A stretch of DNA of 64,000 nucleotides from the NCBI GenBank assembly GCA_965153455.1, contig OZ234493.1:8236213-8300212 (forward strand). The letters run 5' to 3'. Under the pieces are notes generated by a model. The model was not told the origin of the DNA. It did not search any database and worked only from the letters and a program-made list of their open reading frames with translations. The DNA comes from Sphagnum compactum. Its lineage: Eukaryota. Of this stretch, positions 13,741 to 24,283 are shown in pieces. Every line of letters begins with the position of its first letter. The first letter of the stretch is position 1. The position numbers and the translations under genes are program-made.

Positions 13741-15028
13741 GGTGGTTGCTCATTCTTCACCCCAAGGCTAAACCCCTAGGTACCTACCTACATCTGGTTT
13801 ATCAAGAGAAGGACCCCAACATGAGTGGGTTGGATATTGTCAGTAACATCTAGCATGGCCTGGAGGTGGAAATTGAAGCCACAACCAGTTGCAAGGTGGC
13901 CACGAGTCCCAACTTCTTGGATTGATGATAATAACACAGAAAGAAGGAACCTAGAAGGAAAGTACAAAATGGAGAAAGAATTCAATGGCCATCGACCAGC
14001 ATCCAGAGCATCCAGAGCACGGTTTAAAGACCCACTGAGCAAGAATGGTCAATAACAGAAAAACTCAACAATATTATTATACTTATGGAGACCTTCTCCA
14101 TAATCACAATTCCAGTCAATGTGAATAGAATTAAGAAAGAGGTGATGATAAGGTAATCCGGTATTAGAGATTTTAGATCTGACATTATATCAGCAGATAG
14201 GAAAAAGTGGAAAAAGTTGCACTACAGTTGGCACTCCAGCCCAGTCAATGCATCCTGCAGATATGAAAAATCCAAGTTCCACCCAATAGCACAAATGGCA
14301 CCCACATAAGGTTGGTAACACCACCAAGATCTCAAAGCAGATAAGACAGCACTACACTACTACAATCCTAGCCACTGCTGCATTTGACAGGCAACCTGCA
14401 ATGGACCAGTTTTGATGTTCATGGACTCCTCTCTTTATTAGAAAATAGCACTTAAATACAGTCTGAAGCAAACAAAGCAAAAGAAGAGACCAAAAGCTAC
14501 TTCTGCTGACATATCTCAACCTGTCTAGAAATACAAGTTTTACAAGTTAATCCAACCCATGCTTGACATAACTAGCTTGGATCTGAACAGTGATGAAGAA
14601 TCAAGTACTCAATGTGCTGATTATGGAAAACTGCAACATGTAGGCACTTAACCATTTCTAATACAACATGAGAAAATGCTAAGAAGTTTGGCACCTATAG
14701 ATTTCAAACTATGATTTATTCATCTAAGTCTGATTGATCTGGTCGTTGAAATGTGTGATTACCATCACTGTGACCCTATAAGTAAATGCTTATCCATCTG
14801 TTCTGCAACATTGCACACTACATGAGGCCCATGCAGGATGAACAGCACCATTGGTGTGCTTGAGCCGACTACCATTCTTGCATCACATCTATAACCTCCA
14901 CACTGGATGTTGTTGCAGGAGCATCGTCCAAGGAGGCTACAACACTCTCTCTTGCAGCCCTTGAGAACAAACGGGCAGTATGATGTGATAACCCAGTTCA
15001 AAAGGCACTGTGAGGCGGGCACTAAGTC

Positions 15029-17006
15029 TTAATGGGTGGTGGTTCGGCCAGCATCCCCCTGAAGTAAGCCATTACGGATCTGCTCTGCAACATCACGCAC
15101 TGCACCAGGACCATGTGGGATGAAGACTGTTGAGTTTCTGGAGCTTGCACCAATTTCCTTCATCGTGTCAAAGTACTGTGTCACCAACACCATGTCCATT
15201 ACCTCCTTAGGAGATGTCCCAGGAACATTGTCTGAGAAGGCCAGAACACTCTCCCTCAAACCATCAACAATCGCTTGGCGCTGCCGTGCTATACCCACTC
15301 CTGAAAGATACTTGGCCTCAGCCTCACCCTCTGCTCGCTTAACCTGCAGAGTTTTCTCTGCCTCTGCCTTCTCCCGTGTAGCCACTCTCATTCTTGCAGC
15401 TGCAATCAAACATCAATAAGAAGCATGACTTTGTGTGTTAGTGGGCCAGTAAATTCAGGTCTGTCAACAGAAGCATCAAGTCAGCAAAACACTTCATGCA
15501 ATGGGTACTGAAGAAAGCTCTCTCTTTTGTGACCCATATAACCAAATTCAACATAGGAGCTCTTGAGGACCAGCCACATGCCTGATGAGTGCATCATTAT
15601 ACACCTTCTGTACTACCCACATCTCAAAGCATGGAGGACATGAGAGAGTCTTACCTGCATTGATTTCATTCATGGCCCGCTTCACAGTCTCATCAGGTTC
15701 AATGTCAACGATGAGGGTCTGGACAATCTCATACCCATAAGTACGCATTGCCTGAACATTTGGCCAACAAACAGAATCAGAATCAGCAACTATGTACCCC
15801 ATCATTTGTTGAGTTTATGAGAGCACACTAGAGCATGGCACTCAAGAGGACATTAAACAAATGGTGCCATAATACAAAAGTACCTTCTCAAGCTCTTCTG
15901 CCACAGTCTTTGCAATCTCATTCTTCTGCTCAAAGACATCATCAAGAATCATTCTTGGTACACTGGCTCTCACAACTGTTACAAACAACAAACAAAAATT
16001 ATGGTTAGGAGTCAGGAATTTAAGCCTGATCACACAAGGAATCACAGTTATGTAATTATTTTTGCCATAAAAGTTTGCTGCATTTACCATCAAAGACATA
16101 AGATTTGATTTGTTCACGGGGGTTGGTAAGCTTGTAAAAGGCATCTTCAGCAGTCTCAACATGTGCTCGATACTGTACTGATGCCACCACTGTCACAAAG
16201 ACATTGTCCTGAACATCATAACAAAAGCACACCACAGAAATTTGTACCCAATCAGCTCTTTTTCATTCCACAACTTTTGAAGCTATTTGAGACCACCTTC
16301 ATGCATGAGCCAACCTGAACAGGACTGAGAGATGATAGGATGATAGCATTAAAGGGATTTCTGGACCAACAACATCATATCAGAAAACAAGAAAAAAATC
16401 AGGAGACTAATGCTACAAAAGCACAGAAAATGAGAGATGTGAACAGTAGTGATGGTCTCCTACCAGCCAATTTTTTGTGTGAAATTTTGAATCTAAATGA
16501 CACCTCTGTGTTTTAAACAGTCACAAGGTTCCTTTTAGATGATGAGGAGAAAAACATGAAGTTGCCATATTTAGACATTGGGTTCTTGGAGTTTGCCAAA
16601 ACATCATAGGATTCTAGAAAATGTCTACTGTCCTCTCTGACCTGTAGCTAAATTTGGCTCTTTCCTCTTGTGGGTGATTGCCACTGTGGTTACATCACAA
16701 AATTCGAAAACAAAAACCCATCTCCCACATGTTTAGTATTACCAATGTCAGAAATAAACTGACATACAGAGTTTCTGTCATACACATGGCAGTGCATGCT
16801 GTGGAAGGAAACTGCACCTTGGTCTTGGTTTCACATCTGACGTCAAGTTGCTGGACTCGCAGGGAAAGAACACCTGCAATGTTGACACCACAGCACCATG
16901 GAACACAGTGGCAACCAGGTCCCATCACAGTACTGAATTTTCCAAATTTTTCCTTCACAGCTACGGTGGACTGGTCCACCTGGTACAAACCACACACCTG
17001 CCCCAT
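15029..17006 (-). CDS. HIR: Hypersensitive-induced response protein (HIR; SPFH/Band-7 family), ~289 aa
   Basis: Exons 17006-16818, 16208-16088, 15975-15884, 15751-15655, 15399-15029 join in frame: [96 protein letters not shown]. Confidence 0.96.
16460..16720. mobile_element. Short dispersed repeat (non-autonomous element-like) inside HIR intron 1
   Basis: Core TGTAGCTAAATTTGGC..TTGTGGGTGATTGCCACTGTGGTTACATCACAAAA recurs inverted at ~19110-19170 (TTGTGATG..GTGATCATCATCCATAAAG..TTTAGCCAAAATTGG) and partly at ~40190 (TGTAGCCAAATTTG). Looser relatives at ~29770-29950 and ~48120-48275. Confidence 0.55.
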
Positions 17007-17584
17007 TTCTCCACACCTCTCTGTCGGAACTGCACACAGTGCAAAATCTGCACAGCAACAACCCATTTCTCAGCACTTGATGTATGGTGCAAAACCCCAA
17101 ATAGGAAGAAGAGATAATGACCAAAGAAGCTCAGAGCCTTGATCTCAAGATGGGAGGAAGAGAGAAACCTGTACAAAACACAAAACAAGAAGAAGACAAG
17201 GATCACAGCACAAAAGCAAACCGAAAGACAACAAAGAAGATGCAACAAAACATTCACAGACCACAGAAAGAATGGAATTGAAAGAGGAAGATGAATGGAT
17301 TGATCCCCAGAAAAACTTTTCCTGACCCCCACATGAACATGACATGCGCATGCTGAAGAGGATGAGCAGAAGGACAACCACCCCCTTGTTTCCATTCTAA
17401 AGCATGGAATTTCATGTAAAACAACAACAACACAACTCGACCAGCCACATGAATCAGGTCGGCAGAAGCCACAGAACAACCTTAACAAGATCACAAGACC
17501 TAGACAAAATATCAATCCTCACAAAGCCTTTTTTTCCCCTCCTTCTCCCCCAACCTCTATCTCCACTCTCATCACTCCCCCCCC

Positions 17585-17585
<1 letters not shown>

Positions 17586-17626
<41 letters not shown>

Positions 17627-17627
17627 A
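17586..17627. repeat. Compound (CT)n(CA)n microsatellite in the HIR 5' region
   Basis: ctctctctctctctctcacacacacacacacacacacacaca read directly. Confidence 0.9.
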
Positions 17628-17825
17628 AGAAGGAGAAGAGGATCAATGGAGCACACCCACAAAATTACAAGAAAAAAACCCAAAACCTCAGAAACCCCCA
17701 GACAGAAACAAACAAACAAACAAAAACACATCTCGACGACAAAACCCTTTTCTTTCTTTCACTCATACCCCAACAACCTTCCCAACACCAGTCTCCCACA
17801 TACACAACAACGAAAAGGAGAAAAA

Positions 17826-18226
17826 GGATGGCACCCACAACAACAACAACAACATACCTTTGATTGAAGACTCCCCAAAACGAGCAAACAAGACAAAAGC
17901 AAGAACAAGGAGAAGAATGGCACCTACAAGAAGAAGAAGAGCAACAACAACATACCTTCGATTGAAGACTTCCCAAAACAAGCAAACAAGAAAAAAAGCA
18001 GCAACAAGGAGAAGAATGGCACCTATAAGAAGAAGAAGAAGAAGAGCAACAACAACAACAACATACCTTTGATTGAAGACTCCCCCCAAAAACAAGCAAA
18101 CAAGAAAAAAGCAACAAGAAGGAGAAGAATGGCACCCACAACAACAACAACAAAAACAAGAGAGCAAGTTTCAAAGTGGTAACAACAATAACATGATGAA
18201 AATGCATACCTTTGATTGAAGACTCT
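17826..18226. repeat. Degenerate ~100-140 bp tandem repeat (about 4 copies) upstream of HIR
   Basis: Unit contains CATACCTT(T/C)GATTGAAGACT at ~17853, 17951, 18062 and 18205, with GGAGAAGAATGGCACC and variable (CAA)n/(GAA)n tracts. Confidence 0.9.
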
Positions 18227-18451
18227 ACAAAACAATCCAACAAAACCAAACAACGACTCCAACCAAAGAAACTATTGAAGAACTATTGAAGAACTATTTG
18301 TTTGTTTGTTTGTTTGTTGTTGTGGCTTGAGAAGAAGAGAGAGATGATGATGACTTTTGTCTCCCTTTCTTTTGTGACTCAACACACCAAAAATAGTACC
18401 TATTGAAACATGTTTTGGGAATTGGGAGGATGTTTGTGTACATAACATAAC

Positions 18452-18459
18452 ATTTATAG
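18452..18459 (-). promoter_or_regulatory. Candidate TATA box for HIR
   Basis: Minus strand CCTATAAATG (plant TATA consensus), upstream of a CT-rich leader and the repeated splice donors. Confidence 0.45.
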
Positions 18460-19774
18460 GAGGAGGTCTTCTTGTGTTTGTGCCTTTTATGCTCTAAATC
18501 TCTGACCCTTTCTTTCTTAGAAATACAAAAAACCTTGTGTCTAAATGTCTTGGTTTAAGTATTTTTTAGGGTTAATTGTTTTTTTAAAGCTTGATTATTA
18601 TATAAGGAAGGCATTATTAAAGGAAGGCAAAGTCTATTTTTTGAGCACTAACAAGTGTACCTTCGTCTTAGAGGCTTTACAAAAAACCCTAATCTTGTGG
18701 GAATTGGAAGGAAATTTCCACCATTCTACAGCTAGGCTATGGAAGTCAAGTGAAGGGAAAGCAACTTGTTAGCACCTTCTTGAGAGGCTTTTTTTTTTTT
18801 TTTTTTTTTTGAAGTGTTGAAAATTGAGACCCATACTACAACTTCCAAGAAGAGCAACTACAAGTAGTTACACACTAATTAACACCCACAAAGTTTGTAG
18901 TGGAGGGGGAATAAATGGCTTGCCAACTTAATCACTTTTGGGCCTAATTGCAATTGGGAAGAAGCTTGGATACCGACACCATGAGTGTCCCAAAAAAATA
19001 TTTTGCCATATTGTCATCACCTTATTATGGAGAGCAATGGGTTTTTTCCCCTAAAAAGTTAAATTTTAATTTTTAAAAAAAAATCAATTTAATTTTTTAA
19101 TTAAAAAAAATTGTGATGTTTCTCAAGTGATCATCATCCATAAAGAATATTTAGCCAAAATTGGTCATATTCAAAATATGAAAGTAAGAAAATGTTAAGC
19201 ACTTTTTCATATTGTAGGTAGTTGTGGCCATTTTTTGACGATTTAAGGAAACAAAAATAAAAATAAAAATCATTTTCAATGTGCAAAGTACACCTTGTTG
19301 TTGTTGTATTGTGTATTTGTAATAATAACCCAATGGAGTTTGATTTTCAAAATTTTTGACAAATATTAATTACAATTTTCTTTTTTTTAATTTTTTCTTT
19401 TGGCTAAAACCTTTTGTGAATTATTTTGTGTTGAACATCAATCATAGGGACGGTATTAAGCCGCTCGAGAAATAAGGGTTTAGCTTACATGGACAACAAC
19501 TCGAATGATGACCTGTCTAGCACTATATAAGTTTACCTAGCACGCAACAACCGACAACACCACTATTACGCTTACAATTGAAAGTATTTCTATAATGGTG
19601 GCCATGTGATTCCACGAAGTTTGAACCAAAGGAAATCATAGTCAGCATAGCGAAGAATTTATTTATTTATTACTTTTTTTTGGGTTGTACCTCGCCTCCT
19701 CGTGCCTAAACCCTAAACCCTAAACTAACTAGGGTATAGCCGACTCGTTTCTCACACTTTTTCTTTTGGTTGGA

Positions 19775-19854
19775 CCATTGTAAATGAGTCGGCTATCTAT
19801 TCTAAATGATACCTTATTCGCTCTTTTAGAATATAGCCGACTCGTTTATGATGG
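19775..19854. repeat. ~30-bp inverted repeat (hairpin/MITE-like)
   Basis: CCATTGTAAATGAGTCGGCTATCTATTCTAAA pairs with TTTAGAATATAGCCGACTCGTTTATGATGG; a third partial arm sits at ~19735. Confidence 0.75.
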
Positions 19855-20794
19855 GCTAAACTCATCATCCTCTCTCTTTTCTCGACACTTACTTACTTGC
19901 CCTCGTCGTTGTTTGTGCATCGGGTAATGCCCACGGTCGAAGGTGTTACACGGCATAAAAATGGATGATTTTAGTTTTTAAAAAAAAAAATAAAATTCCC
20001 CCATTATACCTGGTGGGTATCTAGTGGGCACCTCTCGAGTATCGTAAGAAAAATTATTTAAAAAATAAAATGGATGTGAGGTATTTTGGAAAATGGAATG
20101 CTCATAAGTGCAACAAGGTGTTTTTGTTTTCTAAAACACCTTGTGATTTTTATAAGAGGCTTAATTCTAATTTTTGGATGTGTCGAGTTCCACTTAGTAA
20201 TTAGTTGGGTGATTTGAATTTTTCAAAAATTTAAAAATAATTAAATTTTTTTTCACAATGAACCGTTTTAATTGACCCATCCCACAAATAAAACATTTTG
20301 AAACTTTAGACACCCCCCAAAAATATATATATTTATATTTTTTACTTTCAATAATATAGACATGTTATTTCCTACATGTCTATTTACCATATATTTTAAA
20401 TAACCTATTTTTTTTTATAAAACTAAATAATAAAGTGACACACCTTAACTAAAATCTTAAGATGGATTTACTTCTATTTATAAATTTGTATTTCTCTTTT
20501 GGAAAGTTATTTTAAAATGATGTCATTTATTAAATCAGGAGTAAATTTAATTTTCTTTCTTTCTTTTATGAACATAATTATGGCCCTTGATGTATGTCCA
20601 TTTGCCAATGGTTGTTTCAAAAATTAAACTAATGTTGCACACCACTAGCAAAACTTGTATAATTTCATCATTGAAATTAAATAATGGTTCACTAATATTG
20701 TAACCAAGGTTATTTGTGCAAATTTTTGCTATGAAAAAATTGGCAATTTTTCCAAAAATTTAGTAAAACTAGTCAAATTTACACTAGAAGGGAA

Positions 20795-20927
20795 AATACA
20801 TTAACCCTAAAACTAGATTGGCGACTATACATTTTACTTGGGTTTACAATACATTAACCCTAAAACTAGATTGGCGACTATACGTTTCACTTGGGTTTAC
20901 AATACAATAACCCTAAAACTAGATTGG
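20795..20927. repeat. 53-bp tandem repeat, 2.5 copies
   Basis: AATACATTAACCCTAAAACTAGATTGGCGACTATAC..TTGGGTTTAC starts at 20795, 20848 and 20901. Confidence 0.9.
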
Positions 20928-22506
20928 CCCATCATGATCTTTCTAATAGGTGAATTTCATGATCTTCTTCAAGCAAGTCTTTTAAAAAAGTACTTTATAA
21001 CTTAGAACTAAAGCTTACACAAGTCTTCAACTTAAAAATTCTATAATTAAATAAGGGGAGGCAAATTAGCTAATACTTTATTGATTTCAAATATATATTC
21101 TAGTTAAGTATTTATGTATTTTAATTTAATATTGCTTTCTTGTGCAATCTTTGGTTTAATGGCAATTTTTTTGGTTTTTTATTATTAAGTAAACTAGTGT
21201 TATTATGTACATTACAAGTAATGCAATCTGATTTTTCATTATAAATTTACCAACTAAATGAAATAATGTAAAATGGCATGGTGTGGCCCTCATGTATTTT
21301 ATACCGTTATCAGCTATACCCATACGGAACTATGGTAGGATCTCGGCTCGAACTTGACCCAATGTGTGAGTGATATTTGGAGTACGATATGTGCACATAA
21401 TCGATCATCGATGGGGTGCCTTATGCTTCGATTGGTTGGTTGGATGTAGATTGTAACTCATAATTTGCATGTGTTTTGTCGCCTGATTGGTTGAGCTCAT
21501 ATTGTCATCATCCCCATGTTGGTGTTGGCCATCTCCATGTTGCCATCGGCGGGAGTGCACACAAGTGGTAGAGCTTCTTCCTTCATAGCCCATGCCCGGT
21601 GAGAGGGGAGTGTTGCCATCCTTGCCGACTACATTTGGTAACCGTTACCAGCTCTTGCCGATTACCTAGTCCATCATAATGAACAGGCATGTTCCATAGA
21701 AGTGCATGAATCGACATGAAAACTTCTAAATCAAGTAAGGGGAGTTTTTTTGTTTGAGCTTGCACGAGTCGTTCGTGACAAGCTGCTTCTTGGTGATGTC
21801 GGGGTGGTGAAAACCCTAACTTATTAGTCGGCCACACGTTTTTATACTAAATTCCCCAAAGCTGAATGACTTGCGGAAATTTGAAAATGAATGTGCTTGC
21901 TGGAAAGACAGGATGGAAACTCAGTTTACTACCAAAATTGATGGGAAAAGCTAGTTTGGGTCGCAGTTACTTTTTTTTCCTTTTGTAAAATTTTCGCTCG
22001 CCCCCCAGTTCCGCGTTTGATGCCCTATTATGCTGAAACTGGCCGTTCTCGCCTCCTAATCGCCTGACTTTACAGATAACTCTACTGGTCATTCCAGGAT
22101 ACCTTGGACAACACAAATGACAATTTCCCGAGGACTTTCCATTTCCATAATGCACTTTTGAATTTCTGCTAGTGCTTTAATATGTTAGATAACCGCCCTC
22201 GAAGAAGGGTGTTTTCAAAATAAGCATGCCTTGACTCTATCTAAGGCGAGTGTTTTTTTGTTGGGGGAAACACACTACTCCTTGGCCATTAACGTTATAT
22301 ATAGTAAAGGACGTCGTGAAGCTTCCCCTTAATCTGTCCTGTCATCCGTCTCATCATCCAACTGGATGAACATTTCATCCATCTTGTCATCCGTCTATTT
22401 AAGCCGGACGGACATTTTATGCATCTTGTATGTATGTGATACACATTTTCATGAATTCCTTGGTCCGTCCTCCAATTAACTAACTACCATTTGTGTGCGG
22501 GCTAAA

Positions 22507-22682
22507 GGATTATGCCATCACTTAGCACAAGTATTTTACCGAAGAAGGGCTTTTGTACAACTTGGTGCTAAGTGATGGCACAATCCTAATTGCCGAACCT
22601 TCTTTGGTTACATTTAACACTTCGGGTAAGGAGTGTACCAAAGAAGAAGCACTTCGGCTAAGGAGTGTGCCAAAGAAGGTTT
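22507..22682. repeat. Two adjacent inverted repeats with a nested direct repeat
   Basis: GGATTATGCCATCACTTAGCACAAGT / ACTTGGTGCTAAGTGATGGCACAATCC (22507-22586); AACCTTCTTTGG / CCAAAGAAGGTT (~22596-22681) enclosing 2x CACTTCGG(G/C)TAAGGAGTGT(A/G)CCAAAGAAG. Confidence 0.8.
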
Positions 22683-24144
22683 TGGTTTTCATACATAGAG
22701 AGGCCCCCATGGAACTCACTACCCGACCCTTAATGTGGCATGATGGCCCGTTGAGTCCGTTTCTCCGGGATGCTTCCGTAATGCACTTTTTAATTTTCGG
22801 CCTTTGATATTTTCCGCGCATTTTATGCCGCGGAATGGGCACCTATCAGAACAAACTCAGTGGCAAAAAGCACCATAAGGGTGCATCTCTAGACACAAAG
22901 AACCATAGGTAGTAGGTAGGTAGGTAGGTCATAAATTAGCATAGGTAGGTAGGAAATCATTCACTTTTTCAGAGGTGTGAAAAGGCTCAATTGGCATCCC
23001 CCTGGCCTTTTAGAGGGGTCAAGAAGAAGAAGAAGGCCCAACATGTTTGGCTTTGGGCCTCGTTCACACCATTTGGTAAATACGAACATCCTTCCGTTCA
23101 CACATGACTTGTTTAATCATCGAAATTTGTCCACCGATCGATCCATGTATCTCACCTCCTTATTATTAGAACGCAAAAAATTCGGATTAATTTGTGTAAT
23201 TTTTTGTTCCGGAAAATTTTTTTTAAAAAAAAAGGTTTATAATTAAAGCAACCTCCATAACACATCGAACAAGATTTACGTCTTCGAGTCTCAACGATTT
23301 TTTGTTGGTTGATTGCCGAGGGAGATTGTTTGCCGGGATCGGACGGGGAAAAAGAATAACCCACAAACGTGCTCGCTCGAAAATGAGATGCATTGGCCGT
23401 CGTGTCATCATTCGTGTCATATTCTTTGAGCCTTTTAAGGGGGGAGGGAGGGAGGGGGCGATGGGCATTTTTTTTAACACGCATGAGGTCGTATGTATGT
23501 ACGTACGTGTAACAAATATTGTGGCTTTTGGGGGCCATTTTGTAATACGTTGCATCCACTTTGTTGAGACTTTTGGGGGGCATTTCGGGTAACCACGTCA
23601 TTGTACATAGATGGATCGAGAGGTGTTTGTTGAATCCCGATTCGGGCGGGCGGGCGAGCGAGCGGGGGAATTACGAAGTGGTCCTTGAAGTGCTTCCCGA
23701 GTTGAAGTAAGTCTAGGCCTCGCTCATTTCATTTCCGTGGGTTTTTCGCGGGTGGGTGGTGTGTCGGGTGAGTATGCGAAACTGCACCCGACTCCTCCCA
23801 TCGGGTATCCGGGCGGCTCTTGAGGTTCATAACCACGGTTCTTTTTTATAACCTCCAAAAAAAAAAATTTACCTGACGTTCGGCTTATATATAAGCACCG
23901 TTCCGAATTTTTTTTGGAAAAAGCCGAACAAAAACGCTCGGAAAAGCCGTCGCCTCCTCGGGTTCTTCCACGATACCCGGCAGTTCTTTGACATTTCGGA
24001 AATAGTCGGAACTGGCGGTTCTTTGATTCCGGTGTTGTGAGTTTGTAGCCTAATGGCTGCTTTAGATGAGGCTACCAGGTCCAATGAAATAGATCAATCC
24101 TATTGGATGAGAGCCAGAAATTGGACCCATGGCCTTTAGGTGTG

Positions 24145-24283
24145 GGTCCGAGACCAAAAAGGGGCAAATCTAGGCTAAACTTACATGGCACCATTTTGGA
24201 GGGACAAGCAATTGGCTAAACTTACACCGCACCATTTTGGAGGGACAAGCAATTGGCTAAACTTATATGGCACCATTTTGGAG
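24145..24283. repeat. Dispersed repeat with 41-bp tandem expansion (~2.8 copies); a second family member at ~44410-44470
   Basis: GGCTAAACTTACATGGCACCATTTTGGAGGGACAAGCAATT x~2.8. The 44410-44470 copy reads GGTCCAAGACCCAAAAGTGGCAAATTGAGGCTAAACCTACATGGCACCTGTTTTGGAGGG. Confidence 0.85.

Noticed and set aside
14590-14735. Box C/D snoRNA (GTGATGA...CTGA)
   Set aside because: No terminal stem or recognisable rRNA-complementary guide; it lies in the probable HIR 3' region. No convincing snoRNA was seen in the NAT10 introns either.
16961-18262. Long ORFs of 134-222 aa on both strands (e.g. 17404-18072 +, 17665-18249 -)
   Set aside because: They arise from microsatellites and the tandem repeat in the HIR leader; low-complexity translations with no recognisable domain.
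24172-24283. CRISPR-like appearance of short tandem arrays (also 20795, 27162, 53818)
   Set aside because: Units are contiguous with no unique spacers, no cas genes are present, and the context is eukaryotic.
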